Assembly (NCBI GenBank): GCA_049509215.1
Contig: JBELAC010000001.1
Location: forward strand, 1-63,022
From: Terriglobales bacterium
GTDB taxonomy: Bacteria; Acidobacteriota; Terriglobia; Terriglobales; Acidobacteriaceae
Direction: 5' to 3'
Length of the DNA: 63,022 bases
A model generated the notes under the pieces. It saw only the letters and a list, made by a program, of their open reading frames with translations, was not told the DNA's origin and searched no databases. The translations under genes and the position numbers were made by a program. This document shows, piece after piece, positions 37,364 through 45,663 of the stretch; positions within the stretch are counted from its first letter, which is position 1; each line of letters starts with the position of its first letter.

Positions 37364-38074
37364 ATGCCAAATTTTCGGATTCTGATTGCCGATGATCATG
37401 AGATCGTGCGTCAGGGAATTCGCGCGCTCATTGAGTCCCATGCTGGATGGGAAGTTTGCGGCGAGGCAGTGGACGGTCGGGATACGGTCCATAAAGTTAA
37501 CGAGTTAAAGCCCGATTTAATCGCTCTCGACATCGGGATGCCGAACATGAACGGATTGGATGCCGCCCGGGAAATACTGCAGGATAATCCGAAAGCGAAA
37601 ATTCTGTTTTTGACGATCTACGATACAGACCAGGCGACGAAGACCGCGATCCAGATGGGCGCCAAGGGACTGATTCTCAAGTCCGACGCCGGACGCGAAC
37701 TGGTTGGCGCCATCGAAACGATCCAGCGCAACTCAGCGTGCCTTAGTCCGCAAATGAATCAGGCTGGGGGCTCCGATCTGAGAGGAAACCACCGATCGCT
37801 GGAGAAAGACACTTTGACACCGCGGGAAAGCCAAGTCATCAAGTTGTTAGCGGAAGGAAAGAGTACAAAGGACGTCGCTTCGTTGCTAGGTCTTAGTGTC
37901 AAAACCGCTGAGACGCATCGAAGCAACATTATGGGAAAACTGAGTCTACACTCTGTCAGCGAATTAATTCTCTACGCCGTCCGGAACAACATAGTTCAAG
38001 CCATTGCTCCGCCGTCGTCTTCCGAAACCCCGCCGCAAAGTGAAGATGATGCCCATGATCCCCACGCGGCGTGA
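37364..38074 (+). CDS. NarL/LuxR-family response regulator (REC + HTH_LuxR)
   Basis: MPNFRILIADDHEIVRQG, LIALDIGMPNMNG, and C-terminal LTPRESQVIKLLAEGKSTKDVASLLGLSVKTAETHRSNIMGKL. The ORF track starts at TTG 37319. Confidence 0.9.
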   Translation: MPNFRILIADDHEIVRQGIRALIESHAGWEVCGEAVDGRDTVHKVNELKPDLIALDIGMPNMNGLDAAREILQDNPKAKILFLTIYDTDQATKTAIQMGAKGLILKSDAGRELVGAIETIQRNSACLSPQMNQAGGSDLRGNHRSLEKDTLTPRESQVIKLLAEGKSTKDVASLLGLSVKTAETHRSNIMGKLSLHSVSELILYAVRNNIVQAIAPPSSSETPPQSEDDAHDPHAA

Positions 38075-38141
38075 GCCGAACATCCTGTACCAAGCGACTT
38101 CCGCAGCCAGCGGGAACGGCGAAGCTTGACGCAAAGACAAC

Positions 38142-39602
38142 CTAGTCTTTACACGCCGGGGAGGACCTCAGGACTTCTGGCAATCCTACAAGTCCGGCTC
38201 GTTCAGCCTCACATTGCGCGAACGAGATCAAGTCCGTCTCGCATTCCGGCGGCAGCGGTTTACGTTCGTAATGGGAAAGTAACTCGTCCACTCTCTGCCG
38301 GGCCCGCCCCAGCACGTCTTCTGAGCCAACACCGGAAAGTCCGCGGTCGATGACGTTGGACGGGAAATGCTGCTCCTTCCGGAACAGCGCACGCGTCTCT
38401 TTCAACTTCAGAAAATCGCCGCTCAAACCCGTCTCCGCAAACATCGCTACGGCTAGCGATTCGCTGCGCGGTTCGATCCCTTCTATCAGCCTTTGTGCCG
38501 ACGCAATGGCCTCGGCATCGATCACCAGCTTTTCAATGCTGTGGCAGGCCAAGAAATCCAACATTCCGGCGCCCGAGATCATGTTGATTCCAGCCATCGC
38601 TCCTAGAATCGCCGACATACCACTTTCCATCTCTACTTGAGCGTCGATCATACGGCCATCGCCAGCCACCATATACGCGTGCGTGGGCAGGCCGAGATAT
38701 TTTCCAACCTCCGCGCACCCAACGTCGAGCATCGCCGTTTCGATCGCACCCATCGGGGTCCTTCCCGTCCGCATATCAAAGATCGCGGGCGCGCCTCCCC
38801 AAACAATCGGCGCTCCCGGCTGCGCAAGTTGATGGATTGTAATTCCACTGATGCACTCGGCTGCGTGCTGCACAATGGAACCGGTCAGCGTCACCGGAGC
38901 CGTAGCGCCCGCCAGCGGCATGCTGACAATTTCGGCTGGCACGCCCGCCCGCGCCAGGTCGACCATATTCTGCGAGGCAAATTCCGACCAGTTCAGCGGT
39001 GGCGAAGGACATACGTCGAAAATCGCTCGCGGCTTGCTGCGCAGGGCGTCACGGCCTCCACTCTCGATCGCGAGCAGATCCAGGAGTGTATGCAAGCTTG
39101 ACGCGGAGAAGGCGCCTGTGACCACTGGTTTTTCCGAATACCAAAGCACCAGCAACAATCGATACCAGTCGCCGATACCAGCAGGCACATCGTTGCAGAC
39201 CATCGCCGTGGACTGCGCCGCAAATTGCGGCAGCTTTTCTGCCACTTGAACGAGCCGCACTAGATCGGCCGATTGCGCCGGGCGCGCCTGCTGCGTATCA
39301 GGATCAAGAATGTTCAAACACGACGAACCTGGATCGAAATGAACGTCATTCCCTCCGTAACGCACCACAGGCCTGCCGCCGCGGTCATAAAGAAAAAACT
39401 CTTGGGGCACGGATTCCAGGGCGCGCCGTGCCATGGCTTCCGGAATGCAAGCGACGCCGTCGTGAACGGCGATGCCAGCCGATTGCAGCAGGTCAACTAC
39501 ATAAGGTGCAACCCGCACGCCTGGACCAAGAATGAGTTGAAATGCTTCATCAAGAATTCGGTCGATAAGAGGCTTGTCGAGCAGCGCGAATTTCGGTCTC
39601 AT
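38142..39602 (-). CDS. trimethylamine methyltransferase (MttB) family protein, non-pyrrolysine type
   Basis: 486-aa uninterrupted ORF with MttB-family character throughout (e.g. LIDRILDEAFQLI..PGV, GAPIVWGGAPAIFDMRTG, LVIDAEAI). 4-nt overlap with the upstream corrinoid gene. Confidence 0.8.
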   Translation of the reverse strand: MRPKFALLDKPLIDRILDEAFQLILGPGVRVAPYVVDLLQSAGIAVHDGVACIPEAMARRALESVPQEFFLYDRGGRPVVRYGGNDVHFDPGSSCLNILDPDTQQARPAQSADLVRLVQVAEKLPQFAAQSTAMVCNDVPAGIGDWYRLLLVLWYSEKPVVTGAFSASSLHTLLDLLAIESGGRDALRSKPRAIFDVCPSPPLNWSEFASQNMVDLARAGVPAEIVSMPLAGATAPVTLTGSIVQHAAECISGITIHQLAQPGAPIVWGGAPAIFDMRTGRTPMGAIETAMLDVGCAEVGKYLGLPTHAYMVAGDGRMIDAQVEMESGMSAILGAMAGINMISGAGMLDFLACHSIEKLVIDAEAIASAQRLIEGIEPRSESLAVAMFAETGLSGDFLKLKETRALFRKEQHFPSNVIDRGLSGVGSEDVLGRARQRVDELLSHYERKPLPPECETDLISFAQCEAERAGLVGLPEVLRSSPACKD

Positions 39603-40276
39603 ACTGGCTCTATGACCGCGTTCGGTGTTTTCGGGATCATCAATTCACGTGCCAGAACAACTGCGCTCATTGCATCCTTGGCAAACCCATCGGCGCCGAT
39701 TTCCTCGGCCCATCGCCGCGTCACCGGCGCTCCGCCCACCATTACCTTGACATTTGCGCGTAGGCCTTCTTTCTCCAGCGACTCGATTACACCCTTCTGA
39801 TTACGCATGGTCGTCGTCAGAAGGGCCGAGACCCCTACAATGTGGGCGCGAAGTTCGTGAGCTTTGGCGGCAAACTTTTCGCCCGCGACGTCGACCCCGA
39901 GATCGTGCACGCGAAAGCCATGTGCAGTCAGCAGTGTTCCCACCAGTGTCTTTCCAATCTCGTGGATATCCCCTTTTGTCGTACCCAGGACCACGATGCC
40001 CGCCATGGGACGTTCCGCGCCGAGTTTCTTCAGTTCCGGTTCGAGGATCGCCATCGCCGAGCGCATGGCCTCGGCTGACGCCATCATGTCGGGCAGAAAC
40101 ATTTGGCCCTGTGCGAATTGTTCACCCACGTCACGCATGCCCAGGACGTAGCCGCTGTTGATCGCATCCAACGGGGCAACACCTTCCGCGATAGCCTGCT
40201 GCGCCAGCCCCGACGCCGTGTCGGGTGCGCCATTGATGATGCTCTGCCGCATGGCAAGAAATGGATCTTCTGACAT
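39599..40276 (-). CDS. cobalamin-binding corrinoid protein (B12-binding cap + Rossmann domain)
   Basis: GTTKGDIHEIGKTLV contains the DxHxxG lower-ligand motif, with SALLTTT and KVMVGGAP downstream. Start taken at MSEDPF (ATG 40276); the ORF track extends to 40333. Confidence 0.85.
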   Translation of the reverse strand: MSEDPFLAMRQSIINGAPDTASGLAQQAIAEGVAPLDAINSGYVLGMRDVGEQFAQGQMFLPDMMASAEAMRSAMAILEPELKKLGAERPMAGIVVLGTTKGDIHEIGKTLVGTLLTAHGFRVHDLGVDVAGEKFAAKAHELRAHIVGVSALLTTTMRNQKGVIESLEKEGLRANVKVMVGGAPVTRRWAEEIGADGFAKDAMSAVVLARELMIPKTPNAVIEPV

Positions 40277-40318
40277 AAAACCTCTGCGCCATGCTGGCCC
40301 GTCCAACCTCCAGCAGTC

Positions 40319-40334
40319 TGTGATTGCGATCACA
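40319..40334. promoter_or_regulatory. consensus CRP-type palindrome TGTGAT-N4-ATCACA upstream of the corrinoid/MttB operon
   Basis: TGTGATTGCGATCACA matches TGTGA-N6-TCACA in both half-sites. Its centre is about 50 bp upstream of ATG 40276. Confidence 0.5.
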
Positions 40335-40574
40335 ATCAGGCTTCCGCGGACAAATTAAGGAGGACAACAATTGCATTCCGCGACGACCAGTAAACATGAC
40401 CTGGGATCAAACAACTTACTGCTATTGTCATCAATGCAGGGCAAGTTCCCCCTCACCCTGCGACGGCAGTGACATTTACCACGCAAGAAAAACCTGGAAG
40501 TCCTAGGTCGGCGCGATCGAGCGTGCAGTCAGAATTCTTTTGCCATGCAGTCTGGGAATGCATTACAATTTAAC

Positions 40575-40584
40575 TAACTAGTTA
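40575..40584. promoter_or_regulatory. 10-bp palindrome TAACTAGTTA immediately upstream of the TetR-family gene (candidate operator)
   Basis: Perfect palindrome ending 8 nt before ATG 40593. Confidence 0.35.
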
Positions 40585-40592
40585 CTCAAGCT

Positions 40593-41351
40593 ATGAGGAC
40601 ATCAGCCACAACAAAAAGCGGCACGGAAAAGAGGCCCTGGAGCCCCAAGAAGGCAAAAGCGCGTTTCCCGCATGCAGGGGCACGCTATGGAACACGCGGT
40701 CGGCCCGAAGAAAGCCGCGCCGCGATCCTTCGAGCGGCGGTAGCTGAGTTCGCCGAGCATGGCATTGCCGGCGCCCGGACCGATGCGATTGCGCACGTGG
40801 CGCACGTCAATAAGGCGCTTCTTTATTACTACTTCAAAGACAAGGATGCTCTCTACGAAGCTGCGCTGGATCATGTGTTCAGCGGATTGCGCGATCGTGT
40901 GATGCCCGTACTCGAAAGCGATCTTGAGCCGTGCGACAAAATGCTCGAGTACGTAGGGACATACTTCGATTACATAGCAGCCAATCCAAGCTTCCCTCGT
41001 GTCGTGCAGGGAGAATGGATGCGTGTCGGCGCGAAAGGAAGTCCCCAGATGTTACGGATTGCGCGAGAGTATTTCGCTCCGATTTATCGCCGCGTGGCTG
41101 AGATATTGCGGGAAGGAGCGCAAAATGGGCAATTCCGGCTGGTGAATCCCATGGACTTTCTACCCTCCATTGTGGGAATCATCATTTTCTATTTCAGTAC
41201 GGCGCCCGCGATGAAGACCCTGCTGCGGCTTGATCCTCTCTCGCAGGAAAGAGTCGCGGAGCGTCGAAAATTCGTCCTTGAATTCATTTCCGCAGCGTTG
41301 TTTCGCGAAAACGTTTCACAAGTAGCGAATTCCAGGGCTTCGAAAGCGTAG
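40593..41351 (+). CDS. TetR/AcrR-family transcriptional regulator
   Basis: N-terminal HTH ILRAAVAEFAEHGIAGARTDAIAHVAHVNKALLYYYFKDKDALY. Confidence 0.85.
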   Translation: MRTSATTKSGTEKRPWSPKKAKARFPHAGARYGTRGRPEESRAAILRAAVAEFAEHGIAGARTDAIAHVAHVNKALLYYYFKDKDALYEAALDHVFSGLRDRVMPVLESDLEPCDKMLEYVGTYFDYIAANPSFPRVVQGEWMRVGAKGSPQMLRIAREYFAPIYRRVAEILREGAQNGQFRLVNPMDFLPSIVGIIIFYFSTAPAMKTLLRLDPLSQERVAERRKFVLEFISAALFRENVSQVANSRASKA

Positions 41352-41360
41352 GAGATTGGA

Positions 41361-42461
41361 ATGAATGCGCGCAACAAATTTCTGATCTTGCTGGGAATCG
41401 TCGTGGCAATTTCTGCGGCCTATTATTTCTTCTCGACTCCGCGCGGCAGTGACCTCGTGCTGGTGGGGACCGTGGATGCGAATCAGATCGTAGTGAGTCC
41501 GCAGATCCAGGGCCGCATTCTAGAACTGCTGGTAGAAGAAGGAACGCAAGTAAAGCAGGGCGACCTCATCGCGGTGCTGGATCCGTCCGAGCTTGAGGCC
41601 GAGGAGCGCGCTGCGGCCGCAACTATTACAAGCCTGCGTTCGCAGGTCAGCGCGAACGAATACACGCAGAAATCCACCAAGGGATCGACCTCGAGCGACG
41701 TATCAAATGCGCAGGCGCAGTTGCAGTCTATGCGCGCGCAACTTGCACAGGCCGAAGCCACTCTTACCCGCGTCGAAAGCGACAGCCGCCGCACAATTGG
41801 CCTCGCAGAAGCCGGCGTGGCCTCGGAGCAGGAGAAAGTGCAGGCGGAGATGAACCAGAAGGCGCAGGAAGCGAGCGTCCAGTCGCTGAAAGACCAGGTG
41901 TCGGCGGCGCAAGCGAGTTTAGACTCCGCCATTGCCCGTACCAATCAGGCGACCGCTGCCGCGAGTACAGTGGCCTCAACCCGGGCGCAAACGGAGAATG
42001 CGATCGCGCAGTTGAAGGAAGCGGAAGTTCGATTGGGCTATACAAAAATCTATGCCCCCGTTACAGGGACGGTGCTGGTGAGAGCCGCTCGTGAGGGCGA
42101 GGTCGTTATGGCCGGTCAAGCGATCGTGACGGTGGTGGACCTCAGCGACACATGGGTCCGCGCTGCGATCCCGGAGACAGATGCGGATCACATTGGACTT
42201 GGCGACACTCTGAAGATACGGTTGCCCGGAGGAACTGAGATTCGGGGAAAGGTTTTCTATAAAGCAGCGGAAGCTGACTTTGCCACGCAGCGCGACGTCG
42301 GTCGCAGGAAACGGGACATTCGCACATTGCTCCTGAAGGTCCGTCTGGACAATCCGAAAGGTGCGTACGTGCCGGGAATGACGGCCGAGGTGCTGGTTCC
42401 TCCAGCTCTGTTAACCGCGAATTCCGAAGTTGGGACCGCGGAATCCAAAGGGAAACCATGA
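41361..42461 (+). CDS. HlyD-family membrane fusion / periplasmic adaptor protein
   Basis: N-terminal TM segment, a lipoyl-like motif (V..G..V..GD.IA.LD), a long Ala/Gln coiled coil, and a YTKIYAPVTGTV hairpin return. Confidence 0.85.
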   Translation: MNARNKFLILLGIVVAISAAYYFFSTPRGSDLVLVGTVDANQIVVSPQIQGRILELLVEEGTQVKQGDLIAVLDPSELEAEERAAAATITSLRSQVSANEYTQKSTKGSTSSDVSNAQAQLQSMRAQLAQAEATLTRVESDSRRTIGLAEAGVASEQEKVQAEMNQKAQEASVQSLKDQVSAAQASLDSAIARTNQATAAASTVASTRAQTENAIAQLKEAEVRLGYTKIYAPVTGTVLVRAAREGEVVMAGQAIVTVVDLSDTWVRAAIPETDADHIGLGDTLKIRLPGGTEIRGKVFYKAAEADFATQRDVGRRKRDIRTLLLKVRLDNPKGAYVPGMTAEVLVPPALLTANSEVGTAESKGKP

Positions 42462-43552
42462 ACCAGCACGGGAATAACGCTAATCCGAAAACCTCGAACG
42501 GCCTGAGTGTTGCATCCGCCGAAACGAGCCTGCGCGGCGAAGTTGCGGTTGATGCTCCGAATGCTATCGAAGTCCAACATATTGTTAAACAATACGGCGA
42601 TTTCACGGCAGTGGACGATGTCTCTTTCACTGTGAAAGAAGGCGAGATCTTCGGGCTTCTGGGCCCGAATGGCGCCGGCAAGTCGACGCTGATCCGCATG
42701 ATGACCACCCTCATTCCAATTACTTCCGGTGCGGCGCGGATCGCAGGCCACGACGTGAGTCGGGACCCGGATGCGGCTCGGCGAACGATTGGCGTGATCC
42801 CTCAGGCTCTGACCAGCGATTTGGACTTGACCGTGGAAGAGAACATGTCGATTTACGCGAAGCTCTACGACGTCCCGCCGAAGCGGCGCAAAGAAGCGAT
42901 TGATGACTTGCTTGAGACGGTTGACTTGACGAAGTGGCGGGATGCGCAAACAAAAACGCTGTCAGGCGGCATGCGGCGCCGTCTGGAAATTGCACGCGGC
43001 CTCGTGCACAGTCCAAAGATTTTTTTTCTGGATGAGCCAACCACCGGCCTCGACCCCGTGTCGCGCGTCGCCGTGTGGGAGATGCTGGCTAACATCAAGT
43101 CCAAACGCAAGCTGACGGTGCTGATCACCACGCATTACATGGACGAAGCCGACCGGCTCTGCAACCGCATTGCGATCGTGGACCATGGAAAACTTGTCGC
43201 GCTCGACACGCCCGAGGCATTGAAGGCAACCGTTCCCGGATCGACCGTGATCGAGGTGCAATTCGACAATCCCCCTGCCGATTGGGAGGAGCGCCTTCGG
43301 GGTCTACCCGGAGTCACTTCCGTCCAGAACGAAAGCGCGGGCATGTTTCGTGTTCTCACGGCGAATGGGTCCGGCACAACAACGGATCTGGTAGAGATGG
43401 CAGTTGTATCGAAGGTCGTCCTCAAAACTCTCACCGTGCAGAACACAACGCTGGACGACGTCTTCGTTCATTACACGGGTCGGCAGCTGCGCGATGAACT
43501 GGTGAAATCGTACTCATTTGTAATGCCGCCACGTCCGGGGATGCAACCTTGA
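42458..43552 (+). CDS. ABC transporter ATP-binding protein (ABC-2/DrrA-like)
   Basis: Walker A GPNGAGKST, signature LSGGMRRRL and Walker B IFFLDEPTTGLD. ATGA overlaps on both sides. Confidence 0.92.
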   Translation: MNQHGNNANPKTSNGLSVASAETSLRGEVAVDAPNAIEVQHIVKQYGDFTAVDDVSFTVKEGEIFGLLGPNGAGKSTLIRMMTTLIPITSGAARIAGHDVSRDPDAARRTIGVIPQALTSDLDLTVEENMSIYAKLYDVPPKRRKEAIDDLLETVDLTKWRDAQTKTLSGGMRRRLEIARGLVHSPKIFFLDEPTTGLDPVSRVAVWEMLANIKSKRKLTVLITTHYMDEADRLCNRIAIVDHGKLVALDTPEALKATVPGSTVIEVQFDNPPADWEERLRGLPGVTSVQNESAGMFRVLTANGSGTTTDLVEMAVVSKVVLKTLTVQNTTLDDVFVHYTGRQLRDELVKSYSFVMPPRPGMQP

Positions 43553-44661
43553 ATCGTACGCTAGCGATTATCGAGCGCGAGATGCGCAAGTTCTTCCGTT
43601 CACCAACACTGATGATGGTGTCCATGATTTTCCCGCTCGTCCAGCTTATCGTGCTGGGCAACGCCTTCGGCGGAAAGATTCGCGACGCCAGGATGGGGAT
43701 CGTGGATGAAGACCATGGGACACAAGCCATCCGCATAAAGGAAGCATTCGATTCAGTGCGGGCCACGGCGCGGACTTTTGTTACCGTTCCCTACGATGAC
43801 GAGGTTCAGGCGCGCGAAGACGTGCGCAACGGCAAGATCGAGGGGGCGGTCATCATCCCCCCACAGTATTCGAAGATGGTGTATGAGAAGAACCATCCCC
43901 GGATCGCGCTCGTCGTCGACAACAGCGACAACTTCATGAGTTCGACGCTGGAAGACAGCATGACCACCCTCACCGACGCTTTGAACCAACCGGACATTCA
44001 GCCTCGTCTGCTTCAACAAACCGCGCTCGATGTTGTCGAACTATATCCTTACATCGAGTACATGAAATTCCTGCTGCCCGGGTCGATATCGCTGGCAATG
44101 TTCGTCTCGGCAATGATCGGCGGCGGAATGTTATACATCGACGACAAGGCCCGTGGCGTGCACGAGGGCTATCTTGTAACTCCGATCACGAAGACAGAAT
44201 TGGTTTTCGGATTGAATGGCGCAGGCGCGATCAAGGGAATATTGACCGGCATCGTAATCACAATGATCGGGTCCCTTCTGGCGGGCGTAGGAACCATTTT
44301 CAATCTGGAAACTATCCTGGGATTGCTTCTGATGATCGTGGCTACGGCGACCGCCTTCAATACGATGATGTTCCTGATGATGGTACGCGTCGAAGATCCG
44401 CTCGTACCACGAGCCACTTTCGGAATTCTGAACACCTTGCTGTTTTTCCCAAGCGGGTCTATTTATCCAATTCAGGCTTTTCCACGATGGTTGCGGGCGA
44501 TCGCAATCGTTGATCCTTTTACGTATGCGGTCCACGGGTTCAAATCGCTTCTGCTGAAAGAGACTGGCCTGACGGCGATAGCCCCGGATCTTCTCTTCCT
44601 ATCCCTCTTTGCCCTCCTTACCCTGGGGTTGGCGGTGCCGCTATTCAAGCGAACGTTGTGA
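43549..44661 (+). CDS. ABC-2 type transporter permease
   Basis: N-terminal TM segment, a large extracytoplasmic loop, and five C-terminal TM helices. Translationally coupled to the ATPase gene. Confidence 0.85.
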   Translation: MNRTLAIIEREMRKFFRSPTLMMVSMIFPLVQLIVLGNAFGGKIRDARMGIVDEDHGTQAIRIKEAFDSVRATARTFVTVPYDDEVQAREDVRNGKIEGAVIIPPQYSKMVYEKNHPRIALVVDNSDNFMSSTLEDSMTTLTDALNQPDIQPRLLQQTALDVVELYPYIEYMKFLLPGSISLAMFVSAMIGGGMLYIDDKARGVHEGYLVTPITKTELVFGLNGAGAIKGILTGIVITMIGSLLAGVGTIFNLETILGLLLMIVATATAFNTMMFLMMVRVEDPLVPRATFGILNTLLFFPSGSIYPIQAFPRWLRAIAIVDPFTYAVHGFKSLLLKETGLTAIAPDLLFLSLFALLTLGLAVPLFKRTL

Positions 44662-45624
44662 GCGGCCGTTCTTGTTTTGCGATCCTTGCGGGATACGTGC
44701 GAGGGTTGACAAAGACGGCGACCTCGACGAGTACGCGAACGCGGAAGTGTTGAGCTGCCCTGCAGGCGCTGACATGTGAAAAAGAAGGTTGACGGACCCT
44801 GAGCTAGGTTTCAGCCGTAACCAGATAAAGCGCCCAATCCGACTGAGCCGGACTTCTTCGGGGCTAAGCCGGTGCACATAGCTGGAAGTGATTCGGGCCA
44901 TTTCGTTCAAGTCGCCCGTGTGGAATTCTACATCGCCCGGATGGCTTAACTGGCGCATCGACTCGAGTTGGCCGGCAACACTTCTGCGGTGGGTCACGCA
45001 AGGCTGGATGCGACAATCGAGAATTTTTTCGATGGCGAACAGCGCTGCGTGATCGACGCGTTCTCCGAATGCGATGTAGAGCGTGTTGGTCGCGGCGACA
45101 AAGTTGATGGGCAGCATCTGAAACGCCTCCAGGATAGGAAGCGGGATAATTCCCGGTAAATTCACTGCCGCCAAGTCGAGCGAGGACACAACTGGGCATC
45201 CCCACTGCAAGGCAAGGGCTGTCGTCACGTCCTGCTCGGTGGCGAACCCGAGTTTCTCAAACCACTCTCCGATTCTTCCATAGCGAGCACGGCGTTGGGC
45301 CTCGAGCGCTGCCCGAACTTCGAGGTGTGTGAGCTTCCCGCGCGCGACCATTAGAAGCCCGAGCGGAATTCGATTCGGTGCCGGAACCGAAGGAGACATT
45401 GTGCGCAAACGCGCTATTCGCCCGACCAGCGCCGTTTCGAGGCAATGAGGCCCACAATAGAATTGTCCATGAAGGATTGTTCCTGTGTCGTGTCGATAGA
45501 GGCGTTGCAGGAATGTTTTTGGGCCAGAGCACGAGAGGAGTGCGCATTCGGCGCGATTGTTATCCGAATGCAGGCGTCTGATCCAATTTACAGACCGGGT
45601 AAATGGTTTGAGAAGGTCCAGCAT
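44641..45624 (-). CDS. Cys4 + T2SSE_N/MshEN-like domain protein without ATPase domain (putative c-di-GMP receptor)
   Basis: C27/C32/C57/C61 cluster. Tandem 24-residue motifs PLGLLMVARGKLTHLEVRAALEAQ and RIGEWFEKLGFATEQDVTTALALQ, then a GspE-N-like core (LPINFVAATNTLYIAFGERVDHAALFAIEKILDCRIQP). Lies 39 nt downstream of fliN/Y. Confidence 0.65.
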   Translation of the reverse strand: MLDLLKPFTRSVNWIRRLHSDNNRAECALLSCSGPKTFLQRLYRHDTGTILHGQFYCGPHCLETALVGRIARLRTMSPSVPAPNRIPLGLLMVARGKLTHLEVRAALEAQRRARYGRIGEWFEKLGFATEQDVTTALALQWGCPVVSSLDLAAVNLPGIIPLPILEAFQMLPINFVAATNTLYIAFGERVDHAALFAIEKILDCRIQPCVTHRRSVAGQLESMRQLSHPGDVEFHTGDLNEMARITSSYVHRLSPEEVRLSRIGRFIWLRLKPSSGSVNLLFHMSAPAGQLNTSAFAYSSRSPSLSTLARIPQGSQNKNGRSQRSLE

Positions 45625-45663
45625 GGCAATGTCCTTTGCAAAGTAGTTCCCATAACACGACTC

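Noticed and set aside
38142-39602. A possible pyrrolysine (in-frame TAG) codon in the MttB-family gene.
   Set aside because: The ORF is uninterrupted over 486 codons, so this is a non-Pyl family member.
40335-40560. A possible cobalamin riboswitch in the leader of the corrinoid/MttB operon. The minus strand contains GTCACTGCC and GGGGGAAC strings and a gcaggg/ccctgc hairpin.
   Set aside because: The strings only loosely resemble the B12 box and the GGGAA core, and I could not build the multi-helix junction by eye. An Infernal scan with RF00174 is needed before any claim can be made.
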